This document shows, one piece after another, positions 17,693 to 27,694 of a stretch of DNA of 64,000 nt. The notes under the pieces were generated by a model that ran no database searches, was not told the origin of the DNA, and saw nothing but the letters and a program-made list of their open reading frames with translations. The DNA is from an uncultured Dehalococcoidia bacterium (GTDB lineage Bacteria; Chloroflexota; Dehalococcoidia; Lucifugimonadales; UBA826), in assembly GCA_964500645.1 (NCBI GenBank), contig CAZCOH010000003.1, positions 23,536-87,535 of the forward strand. The letters are read 5' to 3'. Position 1 is the first letter of the stretch. Every line of letters starts with the position of its first letter. The position numbers and the translations under genes are program-made.

Positions 17693-18682
17693 CTAAGTAC
17701 TTCTCTCTTCAAAGATGAACGTAGTAACTACAGCCAAGAGCACAGTTGCCATCCAGACCAATGTGGCGACACTTAAATGGACTGCTTTTAAGTGGGCGTC
17801 GAACCCTGTCCAGATCATTACAGCCCCAAGCAAAATTTGTAAAGTTATAAGTCCCAAAGTTGTGTGTGCAGCCTTTCGTATAGCAGCGTTGTCTCTTCTT
17901 TTCCGTATGAATTGTATAGCAGTAATACCAATATATACCGTTACTATTGCCGCGACATAGCGGTGCAGCATGTGTATCGCGTATTCAAATCCGTCGGGAA
18001 ATAATTCCCCTCTGCATAAAGGCCATGTTGAGCATGCGGAACTTGCTCCAATTCCTATCATGTAAGATCCAGAAAGCATCAACAGAAAAACGAGAATTAG
18101 TGCGGTGACTAGTTTTCCAGCTGAACCCATATCTATTGTAATACTAACTTCACCCTGACCGATTTTATTTTGAAATGCTATCCAGACTAATATCAAGAGA
18201 CTAGCAATGAGAAATTGGGCAATACTTAAATGTATTAATCGGAGCCACCAAGCTAACTCCGTCAGTACTGTTAGTCCTCCAAGCAATCCTGCGGCAATTA
18301 CCAAGAATAATGACCCTAAGCAGAGTCGGAAACTAACACTATCACGTTTTCTTTCCAGTGCTGCAACCCAGAGAGTTATGATGACCAGGATGCCTAGAAC
18401 GGTTCCTGTTAACCTGTGTGAATATTCAACCAATGTATGAAATTCAAACGGGGGGATCAACTCTCCATGGCACAGAGGCCAGTCTGGACAACCCAATCCT
18501 GACTCCGAGGCTCGGACAATTCCGCCTAAGGTAATTTGACTAAACGCCACGACTAAGCTTATCAAAATTAACAACTTTAATGTAGCAGATCTTGAAATTC
18601 TTGGGTTGGGTAGTCTAGTGGAAATCGGTGCCTCTCTTATCGACAGCAAACACTGTGTGTTTTTTTTCACTAATACACTCAT
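17693..18682 (-). CDS. ctaA: Heme A synthase (COX15/CtaA)
   Basis: GLGCPDWPLCHG, EYSHR, HMLHR and conserved His residues in TM helices. Confidence 0.92.
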   Translation of the reverse strand: MSVLVKKNTQCLLSIREAPISTRLPNPRISRSATLKLLILISLVVAFSQITLGGIVRASESGLGCPDWPLCHGELIPPFEFHTLVEYSHRLTGTVLGILVIITLWVAALERKRDSVSFRLCLGSLFLVIAAGLLGGLTVLTELAWWLRLIHLSIAQFLIASLLILVWIAFQNKIGQGEVSITIDMGSAGKLVTALILVFLLMLSGSYMIGIGASSACSTWPLCRGELFPDGFEYAIHMLHRYVAAIVTVYIGITAIQFIRKRRDNAAIRKAAHTTLGLITLQILLGAVMIWTGFDAHLKAVHLSVATLVWMATVLLAVVTTFIFEERST

Positions 18683-18823
18683 ACAATGCTACTACAGGGA
18701 AAATATTCGGTCAAAATTGACAAGTCATTGAAAGGTATAAATGCGTAAATCAATAACTCTGAGTTTGAGAAATTCACGAACACCAACAATCTTATATACT
18801 TCCAAGGCTTTTTATAAATATAT

Positions 18824-18899
18824 CGGGGCGTAGCGCAGTTGGTAGCGCGCCACGTTCGGGACGTGGAGGTCGCTGGTTCGAGTCCAGTCGCCCCGACCA
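18824..18899 (+). tRNA. tRNA-Pro (anticodon CGG), CCA encoded
   Basis: Cloverleaf: CGGGGCG/CGCCCCG acceptor stem, CCACG-TTCGGGA-CGTGG anticodon arm (CGG at 18857-18859), GTTCGAG T-loop, 3' ACCA. Confidence 0.97.
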
Positions 18900-19022
18900 G
18901 AGAAAGTCACGGTCAATAATTCATAAAGATGTGTTTTGGATTTTAAAAATGTAGCTGGTGATAAATAGATTTTTATTATATTGAGTGAAATTGATTACAT
19001 GCATTTGTGCAAGATTTGAGTT

Positions 19023-21272
19023 ATGAATATAAAGAAAGTTGGATTTTTGTCAGGTACGGTTCTTGTAGCACTGCTTCTAGCTGTGTTGATAATTGCCTAC
19101 GTACTTAATATTCGTGGTGAAAGTGACAAAAACAGTTTTCACCAGGACGATCTATATACAGTCTCAAAGCGGAATATAACAAGTGTGGTATCCATCAATG
19201 GAAATGTACGTTATTCAGCCATAGAAAAGCTTTCGTTTCCTGTTGGTGGTGAAATAGAAACGATTTTTGTTAGAGAAGGTCAAATCATTGCTGAAGGTGC
19301 TCACCTAGCTGAATTAGATAAGGAAATAAGGCTTTCGTTGGACAGTGAATTAGCTGAGTTACAAAAACTTCTGCAGGATGCGGTTTACTCACTAGATCAT
19401 ATGAATAATTTTGAGTCCTCACTCAGGATAGCTGATGTACAGAAAAAACTTTGGTTGGCAAAAGAGAATCTAAGGGAATCTAAAGAAAGTTTAGACTCCT
19501 TGACAACACCTTCTGATGAAGAAATTTCGACAGCAACCATGGAAATTTTAAATCGTCAGAAAGACTTATCTTCCGCGGAAGAGGCTTTGCTTGAGTTTGA
19601 ATCCGAAAACCCTCAAACTCTTGCCGATTTAGAACATGATCATGCAATCGCAGTTAATAACTTGGATTCTGTAGAGGAAACTTATGAAGCCTTAATGTTA
19701 AGCCCAGACGTGGCTGGAGTAGAGAACTTAGAGAGGATCATAGAGTCAGCTTCTACCACATTGTATGCGGCTGTAATTGAGGCTGAGTTATCTAAAACGG
19801 AATGGCAGGAAAAGATTGATGCTGCTGAGGTAGCACACTTAGAAAATGAGGAAAACTACATTTTGTTCTGGCGAAGATGGTTTGGGGTTGAAGATGTAGG
19901 CTTACTAGATTATGAACCTGCGGCTGTATATGGGAATTGGGGAATAGATTTAGACTACGAATTTGATCGTAATGCACGTAGTAATGATGTTAGAAAATTC
20001 ATAGCAAACTTTTCCCCGGATCATGGTCCAAATGTCTGGAGCGATATATCTATTTTAACGTGGTTGGCGTTCTATCCCGGAGTAATACACGGAACCTGTG
20101 ACGATTTATCGCTAAGGGATGGTGAGTTGTGTGTAGACAGAGAGCTTAATGATGCTTGGGATACCATGATGTCTTCTCGCCTAGAACTGGAAAAAATGAA
20201 GACTTTGGCGAAAAAAAATCACCATTTGCATGACGACAACGTAAGAAAAGCAAGAGACACTTATCAAGGGCAGTTGACAGTGCTAGAAGATTTTCTAGAG
20301 GGCCCAAAGCAATCTGCAATTGCATATGCAAAGTCCAATGTCTCATTGGCTAAATCGGCGCTGGATTCCTCAAAGAGAGCCCTTGATCAGGCTTATGAAA
20401 AATTACTTTTCGAGACCGAGTTACAAAAGCAATTAGTGGACGTTTTGAAATATCAGCTTGCTGATGCTGAGGATAACCTAACGTCGTTGTTGCAAGGCCC
20501 TAATGAATTTCAATTCGCTGCCGCTCTAGCTGATGTAACTATGAAGGAAAACGAAGTAGCCTATGCTGAAAAAAGTCTATTGATGGTAGAAGAAATTTTG
20601 TCTATAGACTTATCTATTCAAGAGTCGGAAGTTAATAGACTGACACATAAGGTTTCTCAGCTAGAAAGAAAAGCTAATGATACCTTGATGAAATCTCCGT
20701 TTACATCAATAGTTTTGTCTGTATTAAAGGCCGAAGGAGATACAGTAAATTCAAATGAAGACGTGTTAGAAATTGCTGACTCGAAAATCTTTGATCTAGA
20801 GGGATTCGTAGATGAAATAGATGTGTTAAATCTTAGTGAAGATTTATCGGTGCTAGTAAGGTTAGATGCCTCAAGATCAGAAACATTTACAGGGACGTTA
20901 GTAGACATTGGGGTCACACCAGTAATCCACCAAGGCGTAGTTTCCTATCCCGTAAAAATTTCTTTAGATAATCCAGATTCATTTCAGTTGCTGGATGGTT
21001 TGTCGGGAATAGGAGACATAATCATTAGGGAATCCTTGTCAGTGATTTCAGTCCCTATATCGGCTATTCATGGTAAGGGTGACAACTCTTTCGTATTATT
21101 GAAATCGGGAGATGACTTTATTGAAAGACGGGTAACGACAGGGCATGGTGATGATTTTTGGGTGGCTATTAACGACGGTCTTAAAGAAGGTGACCAAGTC
21201 ATAGTTGAAAACAAGCCAATTGATAATCAAGAATTTAATATAAAGTCACTAAGGCAACTGCGAAAAAAGTGA
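19023..21272 (+). CDS. HlyD/MacA-like membrane fusion (adaptor) protein with a greatly extended alpha-helical hairpin
   Basis: N-terminal TM; lipoyl halves SFPVGGEIETIFVREGQ and KSPFTSIV..EGDTV; C-terminal GLKEGDQVIV; about 450 aa between the lipoyl halves. Confidence 0.8.
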   Translation: MNIKKVGFLSGTVLVALLLAVLIIAYVLNIRGESDKNSFHQDDLYTVSKRNITSVVSINGNVRYSAIEKLSFPVGGEIETIFVREGQIIAEGAHLAELDKEIRLSLDSELAELQKLLQDAVYSLDHMNNFESSLRIADVQKKLWLAKENLRESKESLDSLTTPSDEEISTATMEILNRQKDLSSAEEALLEFESENPQTLADLEHDHAIAVNNLDSVEETYEALMLSPDVAGVENLERIIESASTTLYAAVIEAELSKTEWQEKIDAAEVAHLENEENYILFWRRWFGVEDVGLLDYEPAAVYGNWGIDLDYEFDRNARSNDVRKFIANFSPDHGPNVWSDISILTWLAFYPGVIHGTCDDLSLRDGELCVDRELNDAWDTMMSSRLELEKMKTLAKKNHHLHDDNVRKARDTYQGQLTVLEDFLEGPKQSAIAYAKSNVSLAKSALDSSKRALDQAYEKLLFETELQKQLVDVLKYQLADAEDNLTSLLQGPNEFQFAAALADVTMKENEVAYAEKSLLMVEEILSIDLSIQESEVNRLTHKVSQLERKANDTLMKSPFTSIVLSVLKAEGDTVNSNEDVLEIADSKIFDLEGFVDEIDVLNLSEDLSVLVRLDASRSETFTGTLVDIGVTPVIHQGVVSYPVKISLDNPDSFQLLDGLSGIGDIIIRESLSVISVPISAIHGKGDNSFVLLKSGDDFIERRVTTGHGDDFWVAINDGLKEGDQVIVENKPIDNQEFNIKSLRQLRKK

Positions 21273-21363
21273 TAAGACTAATCACGAAAAATTTCTCCAA
21301 TAATTATTTTTTGCTGAATGCCTGCAGATTCAGTGAACTTGATAGACGTTCAAAGACAATGAC

Positions 21364-22581
21364 ATGAGAGTTGTTGATGTTTTATTAATATCTGTATTGT
21401 CTCTCAAGGTAAATAAGTTGCGTTCGCTGTTGGCTCTGTTAGGTATTGTTATAGGCGTGACCGCAGTAACGACACTTATGTCTATCGGCAGAGGAGTCCA
21501 AGATTCAATCACCAGCAGTTTGCAGTCGCTTGGAACTAACCTAATTTTTGTGTCTCACGAAGGCGATAGACCCAACAATTTGTCCGCGGAAGATGCTAGT
21601 CATATAGAAGCGTTACTAGGGGACTCATGGGTTAATGGTATTGCTCCAGAAATAGTTACTAATTCCAAGGTGATTTACGGTGAGGAAAATCAGACGGCGA
21701 CTATTGTAGGTGTTACGGCTGACTATCGTAAGGTGAGAAATATAGAGATGAAAGTCGGACAATTTATCTCAGAAGTCCATGTTGATCAGATTAACAATGT
21801 GGCTGCTATCGGATCTTCAATAAAAGATGACTTTTTTGGCATTTCTAATCCTGTAGGACAAGAACTCAAAATTGGCAATAAACGATTTACTGTAATAGGA
21901 GTTTTAGAAAGTCACGGAGGACAAAGTTTTACTTCGGTTGATAACCGTATTTTTCTTCCAATAACTACCGCTCATTACCGACTTAATCGTGAGAAGACGG
22001 CAAATGGGGAAATGGGGGTTTCACTTATTAGTGTGCAGGCTAGAAAACACGATATGGTTGATGAAACGATTGGAAAACTGGTGGAAATATTAAGGGAAAG
22101 ACACAAAGCAGTTGAAGAAGATGATTTTAGAGTTACAAATATGGAAGATGCTGTCGAAGCTGCAAAGGAAGCAACAAATTTCATCGTATTTTTTCTTGGA
22201 AGTGTAGCTGGGATATCACTTCTAGTCGGAGGTATTGGCATAATGAATATCATGCTTGTGTCGGTAACGGAGAGGACTAGAGAAATAGGTGTAAGAAAAG
22301 CGCTGGGAGCTAGAAAACTAGATATTCTAATTCAATTTATATCGGAGGCTGTTTTCTTAAGTATAGGTGGAGGGTTATTGGGAATTATTTTGGGATATGT
22401 GATTTCAAGATTGCTTGATGGAATATCGATGTCAAATAGCTCTACTTTAAGTACTTCTTTCGGTTTCGATGTAGGGCTTCTAGCTTTATTAGTTTCCATA
22501 TCAATCGGATTGTTTTTCGGTATTTTCCCAGCCTTTAGAGCTTCGTTGATGCACCCAATAGATGCACTGAGATATCAGTGA
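21364..22581 (+). CDS. MacB/FtsX-like ABC transporter permease without an NBD
   Basis: LRSLLALLGIVIG and GGIGIMNIMLVSVTERTREIGVRKALGA; PIDALRY terminus. Confidence 0.92.
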   Translation: MRVVDVLLISVLSLKVNKLRSLLALLGIVIGVTAVTTLMSIGRGVQDSITSSLQSLGTNLIFVSHEGDRPNNLSAEDASHIEALLGDSWVNGIAPEIVTNSKVIYGEENQTATIVGVTADYRKVRNIEMKVGQFISEVHVDQINNVAAIGSSIKDDFFGISNPVGQELKIGNKRFTVIGVLESHGGQSFTSVDNRIFLPITTAHYRLNREKTANGEMGVSLISVQARKHDMVDETIGKLVEILRERHKAVEEDDFRVTNMEDAVEAAKEATNFIVFFLGSVAGISLLVGGIGIMNIMLVSVTERTREIGVRKALGARKLDILIQFISEAVFLSIGGGLLGIILGYVISRLLDGISMSNSSTLSTSFGFDVGLLALLVSISIGLFFGIFPAFRASLMHPIDALRYQ

Positions 22582-22639
22582 AGCTGTATGTCAGCCTTAG
22601 TGATTTTAATGTGGTTCAGACTTCCAAGGTGCTATTTGC

Positions 22640-23869
22640 TTGGATATGAATAGGGAAATAAATCCAAATAAAATAGGTATTTGTTCTTGGATTATCTACG
22701 ATATGTCCAGCACACTATTTTTTTCTGGTGTTGTTGGCTTAGTTTTTCCACTTTGGGTGACTGGACCTATGGGTGGAAATGACGCGACAGTGGGATATAC
22801 GTTGACCGTATCAATGATACTGGTGTTTTTCCTGTCTCCATTTCTCGGAGTTTTTTCGGATTCCATAAAGAAGAGAATGCCGTTTATATTGATTCTCACC
22901 TTGCTGGGTTTTTTCATGATAATGTCTGTTGGTACCTTCACATACGAGGTTTCCATAATAATTTTCTGCATAGCTGCATCTTGCCTACATCTTGTTGGGA
23001 TTTTCTATAATGGAATGTTATCGGATATAACTACTAGGAAAAACGTGGGATACATAGGAGGTATTGGGGTTGGTATTGGGTATGTAGGAGGTATTTTAGC
23101 GGTGCTTTTGGGGGTACTTTTTCTTGAAAGCATGGGTCATGTTTTTCTTTTCAGAGTAATGGCTATTACTTCTTTAATTTTGGCAACGCCACTTTTAATT
23201 GTGGGTAATTACAGGACTATGAAAGGTCCTTCGGTTTCAATTTATAGACTGTTACTGGTTTCCGTAAAGTTCACTTCACTGGCGGTGACTAAATCTTTTA
23301 AAGACAGAAATTGGATGTTTTTTCTCTTTGCTAGATTTTGGTATCTATGGGCGGTAAATGCAGCTTCTTTCTTTGCTGTTTTGTACGGGGTAAATACAGT
23401 TGAATTGTCAGAAAGAGAGGTACAGTTGATCCTTTTGTTGGGAATAGTAACAGGTATTCCAATGGGATTGTTTTGGGGTCGGGTTACTGATCGTATGGGT
23501 CCACTTTTCGTAATGAAGATCAACGTTTTTGTCTGGGTTATTATTTTGTCTTTGGCGGCTTCCATTCCAGTATTCGATCTTCAGAAAGAATTATGGTGGT
23601 TAGTAGGCCCTTTCAGTGGATCAGCCTTGGCAGGGTTGTATGTTTCGGAACGTCCTTTTGTATTGTCACTTGCGGGACGAAATCAAATAGGAGAATTTTT
23701 CGGCGTATTTAATATGGCTGGAAGACTTGCAGCCATCGTCGGACCATTTTCGTGGGGGTTTATATCAGTTACATTGGGGTTGGGGCAGACTGCAGCCATA
23801 ATCTGCCTCGCCATCTGTGTGGTAATAGCATTGGGCATACTTATGTCCGTAAAAGCCCCTGGAACATAA
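22640..23869 (+). CDS. MFS transporter (UMF1/Atg22-like)
   Basis: SWIIYD, LGVFSD..KKR, GEFFGVFNMAGR; about 12 TM helices. Confidence 0.8.
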   Translation: MDMNREINPNKIGICSWIIYDMSSTLFFSGVVGLVFPLWVTGPMGGNDATVGYTLTVSMILVFFLSPFLGVFSDSIKKRMPFILILTLLGFFMIMSVGTFTYEVSIIIFCIAASCLHLVGIFYNGMLSDITTRKNVGYIGGIGVGIGYVGGILAVLLGVLFLESMGHVFLFRVMAITSLILATPLLIVGNYRTMKGPSVSIYRLLLVSVKFTSLAVTKSFKDRNWMFFLFARFWYLWAVNAASFFAVLYGVNTVELSEREVQLILLLGIVTGIPMGLFWGRVTDRMGPLFVMKINVFVWVIILSLAASIPVFDLQKELWWLVGPFSGSALAGLYVSERPFVLSLAGRNQIGEFFGVFNMAGRLAAIVGPFSWGFISVTLGLGQTAAIICLAICVVIALGILMSVKAPGT

Positions 23870-23900
23870 TCTTATTTTCAGTTGTTAAAAACCAAATTTA

Positions 23901-24791
23901 TTACGGTGAAACGGCCAATTCTGTTAACAATTTTTTTGTAGATACAATGTGTTTGTTTAGGCGCATTTTTTCCGGTTCAATTCCCAGTGCAAGCCCCACA
24001 AGTTGAGGGAGATGAATTATGGGGAGGTCAATTTCCCTCTTAGCCATCGACGATGCGTTTGGTTGATATCCATCGAGATTCAGGTGACACAGAGGACACG
24101 GGGTCACCATAGCATCAGCTCCTCGGTCTTTGGCATCTGATGTGTGGTTTGCAACCATTTTCACTGAGTTTTCAGGGTTAATAGTTAGTATAGGGAATCC
24201 GCAGCAAAGGGTTTTACCTGGAAAATCTACGACTTCCCCTCCAACGGCTTCAATAACTAATTCCAAGGCTTGTTTTCTTTCGGGTTTTTCGTTAAAACCA
24301 AGGGCTTCTGAAGGTCTGACGATGTAACAACCGTAAAATGGGGCTAGCTTCAGACCGTCCAGCTTTCGGACAATTTTGGATTCGAAAACTTCCATTCCTA
24401 GATCTTCTGCAATTATCCACAACAAGTGCTTGGGTTCTACGGTTCCTTTGTATTCTAGACCTTCCTCTCGAAGGTCCTCATTTATTGAGGCAAGATATTC
24501 GGGATCTTTTAAGAGGCGCTGATTTGCTTGTGCCATCACACCCTGACAAGTACTGCAGATAGTCATTAAAGGGAGGCCAGACTTTTCCACCATAGCAAAA
24601 GTGCGCGCGTTTAGTGTGTCTCCCAGTCGTTCATTTTTTTCTTGGAGTACTCCCGCACCTGTACAAGAAGCCCCTTTTAAGGCATCTTCATCCAGTTCTA
24701 AACCAAGTATTTGGCAAACTTCTATTGTGGCGGAGTAGAGTTCAGGGCAAGCACCCCGAGAAACACAACCGGGATAAAAAGCATATTTCAT
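23901..24791 (-). CDS. HdrB-like CCG-domain protein (SdhE-type anchor)
   Basis: YPGC, CSTC, FYGC, CCGFP, TPCPLCHLNLD. Overlaps the sdhB stop by 4 nt. Confidence 0.88.
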   Translation of the reverse strand: MKYAFYPGCVSRGACPELYSATIEVCQILGLELDEDALKGASCTGAGVLQEKNERLGDTLNARTFAMVEKSGLPLMTICSTCQGVMAQANQRLLKDPEYLASINEDLREEGLEYKGTVEPKHLLWIIAEDLGMEVFESKIVRKLDGLKLAPFYGCYIVRPSEALGFNEKPERKQALELVIEAVGGEVVDFPGKTLCCGFPILTINPENSVKMVANHTSDAKDRGADAMVTPCPLCHLNLDGYQPNASSMAKREIDLPIIHLPQLVGLALGIEPEKMRLNKHIVSTKKLLTELAVSP

Positions 24792-25744
24792 TTCTTCCCC
24801 TCAACTTTGTCAAAGATTCTTTTTATATTTTCCGAACCAGGTAATTTTTTATGAATTATTGGTGGGACTTTTCCTGCCCTTTGCGAACGTATGGCCAATG
24901 GTATTAGCCCGATCATAGCTTTTATGTTGAATATCCCAAAACTTTTTATCGGTAGCTTTAATTCATCGAGCCATCCGGAATGTCTGACCGAATCTACGAA
25001 GGCGTTTGCGTGCCTAGCTCCATTGGTGTTTTCATGCCCTGCTTCCATTACTTTTTCTCTGAGTGCCATTATTCTGTCCATTGGAGCCACTCCTTTTGGA
25101 CATACTTCGACACATTTCATACACCTTGTACAATCCCATACTCCACCTGACTTGTTAAGATTGCTAAGACGTTCTTCCTGTGCATCATCTCTAGGATCTC
25201 CTACAAACCTGTACGACTTGGCTAATGCCGCCGGACCCAGGAAATTTTCGTCCACCTCCATTACCGTACAATCAGATACACATGCTCCACATAGAATACA
25301 TGAGACTACTCCTGCTAGATGAAGCATATCCTCGTCGGGAGCCAAATATTCTGTTTCAGGCTCTTCCCCTTCCGGCTGTAACCAGGGTTCTACAGCCTTA
25401 ACATTTTTCCAAAATGGCTGGAAGTCTACTACAAGATCTTTAATAACAGGTAAATTACCTGCAGGCTCGACCGTTATGGCAGATCCATCTTTAGGCAACA
25501 TGTCTATTATTTTGGTGTTACATGCTAGACCTGCCTCACCATTTACTCTCATGGCGCATGATCCGCAAATGGCGCTTCTACATGAGCATCGAAGGCTCAG
25601 AGTTCCGTCCACGTCTTCCCTGATCTGAATGAGAGCATCCAAAATCGTAGAGGAATCATCCATTTCAATTTGGTATTCTTGAAAATGTGCGACGGTATTT
25701 GTAGATTCTGGGTCGTATCTGCGAACGCTCAATTTAACTTGCAT
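24788..25744 (-). CDS. sdhB: Succinate dehydrogenase/fumarate reductase Fe-S subunit (type E)
   Basis: CRSAICGSC [2Fe-2S], CILCGACVSDC and CTRCMKCVEVCP. Confidence 0.93.
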   Translation of the reverse strand: MQVKLSVRRYDPESTNTVAHFQEYQIEMDDSSTILDALIQIREDVDGTLSLRCSCRSAICGSCAMRVNGEAGLACNTKIIDMLPKDGSAITVEPAGNLPVIKDLVVDFQPFWKNVKAVEPWLQPEGEEPETEYLAPDEDMLHLAGVVSCILCGACVSDCTVMEVDENFLGPAALAKSYRFVGDPRDDAQEERLSNLNKSGGVWDCTRCMKCVEVCPKGVAPMDRIMALREKVMEAGHENTNGARHANAFVDSVRHSGWLDELKLPIKSFGIFNIKAMIGLIPLAIRSQRAGKVPPIIHKKLPGSENIKRIFDKVEGKK

Positions 25745-25764
25745 ATTGTTCGATTCCTATTAGC

Positions 25765-27438
25765 CTAGTACTGTCTAACGGTGGGAGTCCAATCGGTTAT
25801 CACTACATCTTTGTATGATAGATTTGGTTTGCCTTCTACATCCGTAACTACTATATGTTTTAGCCAGTTTTCGTCATCCCTGTCAGGCATGTCGGTTCTT
25901 GTGTGTGCCCCTCTACTTTCTGTTCTATCACTGGCACTTACTGCAATAGCTTCTGCACACTCTGTCATGAAGTCCAATTCCAAAGTGAATATTAAATTTG
26001 TGTTGAAAGTTTTAGTTTTATCAGCCACATATACCGATTTTGCACGCTCTTTTATGGCTGCAATTTTTTTAACGCCCTCGGACATACCATGTTCTTCCCG
26101 AAACACCCCAAAATGTTCCTTCATAGTCGTTCCCATATCGAATCTAATTTGCCCAAACGACTCATTTTTTTCGTTGGATAACAATCTTTGTATGTTGTCC
26201 TTGTCTGAGTTTGCTGCCGAGTCATCAATATTTAAGTGTGTTTTGTTTCTGCTTAACTCTGCAGCATGCACCCCTGATCTACGACCGAACACCAAGGTGT
26301 CTAGTAGAGAATTTGCACCTAGTCTATTACCCCCATGAACACTGACACAGGCTACTTCACCGGCAGCATACAGACCTGGAACGTCGGTTTCTCCATCTAT
26401 ATTTGCTTTCACTCCGCCCATTTGATAGTGCATGCCTGGCATAATTGGTACAGGTTCCTTCACCATATCAACATTTGCAAAGTCCATTGCCAATTCTCTG
26501 ATTTGCGATAGCCTTTCACTAATGTATTTTTCACCCAGATGTCTGAGATCTAAAAGAACACATCCGTCTATGCCCCTTCCCTCATTTATTTCTGTCTGCT
26601 CGCACCTTGATACGACGTCTCTAGAAGCAAGTTCTTTAAATTCAGGTGCATACTTCAACATAAATCTGTCATTTTCTGAGTTTAGAAGATATGCGCCTTC
26701 GCCTCTGGCCGCTTCACTAATTAAAACCCCACTGCCTTTTAATGTGGTTGGGTGATATTGAACCATTTCCATATCCATGAGTGAGGCGCCAGCCTGATAG
26801 GCTAGGGTCATGCCGTCGCCAGTGCAAATCATCGCATTGGTACTTGGTTCAAATACTCTTCCTAATCCACCTGCGGCCATTATTACTGCCTTAGCCCTAA
26901 CTACCTCGATTTTTCCTGTTCTTATATCCATCATTACCACGCCACCGCAAACCCCATCTCTCACAATTAAGGAAAGTACGAACCATTCTTCATAGACAAA
27001 TGCCCCAGCTTTCACTATTTGTTCGTATAAGACATGCAGAAGTGCTTGCCCGGTGAAGTCCGCAACAAAAAATGTTCTATCTTTACGTTGTCCCCCGAAA
27101 CTTCTTGTACCCAGCCTACCTTCCTCATCTCTGTTGAAAATGGCTCCCATGTGTTCCATGGCGATTACTTCCGATCCGGCTTCCCTGCACATTACCTCAA
27201 TAGCATCTTGATCACCTAAAAAGTCACTGCCCTTTATCGTGTCGTACGCGTGGTCTTTCCAATCGTCTCCTCGGTCTGTAAGGGCGGCATTTATGCCGCC
27301 TTGAGCAGCATTAGAATGACTTCGTACTGGATGCACTTTTGAGACGACTGCAACGTCTGCGCCCGCTTCTTTTGCTGAAAGCGCAGCTCTCATACCTGCT
27401 AGTCCTGCACCAATAATTAAAACATCGTGATCTTGCAT
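25765..27438 (-). CDS. sdhA: Succinate dehydrogenase/fumarate reductase flavoprotein
   Basis: GAGLAG, RSHSNAAQGG, QYHPT, ASRDVVSR, HYQMGG, HGGNRLGANSL, ESRGAH. ATG at 27438. Confidence 0.95.
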   Translation of the reverse strand: MQDHDVLIIGAGLAGMRAALSAKEAGADVAVVSKVHPVRSHSNAAQGGINAALTDRGDDWKDHAYDTIKGSDFLGDQDAIEVMCREAGSEVIAMEHMGAIFNRDEEGRLGTRSFGGQRKDRTFFVADFTGQALLHVLYEQIVKAGAFVYEEWFVLSLIVRDGVCGGVVMMDIRTGKIEVVRAKAVIMAAGGLGRVFEPSTNAMICTGDGMTLAYQAGASLMDMEMVQYHPTTLKGSGVLISEAARGEGAYLLNSENDRFMLKYAPEFKELASRDVVSRCEQTEINEGRGIDGCVLLDLRHLGEKYISERLSQIRELAMDFANVDMVKEPVPIMPGMHYQMGGVKANIDGETDVPGLYAAGEVACVSVHGGNRLGANSLLDTLVFGRRSGVHAAELSRNKTHLNIDDSAANSDKDNIQRLLSNEKNESFGQIRFDMGTTMKEHFGVFREEHGMSEGVKKIAAIKERAKSVYVADKTKTFNTNLIFTLELDFMTECAEAIAVSASDRTESRGAHTRTDMPDRDDENWLKHIVVTDVEGKPNLSYKDVVITDWTPTVRQY

Positions 27439-27479
27439 TAAAAAAAGTACCCCCAAACTTACGAACAACTCAACAGAAA

Positions 27480-27508
27480 ACGATAGCACAGGGATTGTAA
27501 CCTAACAA
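27480..27508 (-). promoter_or_regulatory. Possible sdhA promoter
   Basis: TTGTTA-17 nt-TATCGT with an extended -10 TG on the minus strand. Confidence 0.35.
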
Positions 27509-27612
27509 TATGACGACGCATCTTTGGTCTACTATTTTTAGCATTGTTAATTTCTAGATTAAGATTTCTCATTTAGTTGTTAGGGGAAAGCAATTTAAGT
27601 TATCCTTGTTCG

Positions 27613-27642
27613 TTGACGCGATATTTAAATGAGTGATAAAAT
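27613..27642 (+). promoter_or_regulatory. Promoter for the T-box/ilv-leu transcript
   Basis: TTGACG-18 nt-TAAAAT with an extended -10 TG. Confidence 0.55.
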
Positions 27643-27694
27643 CGTGCGCCTGCGTGGAGACTTTTTTAGTTTTCATTAAGGAACTGCATAATGA

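Noticed and set aside
18824-23869. Genomic island integrated at tRNA-Pro
   Set aside because: No integrase and no duplicated tRNA 3' end seen by eye.
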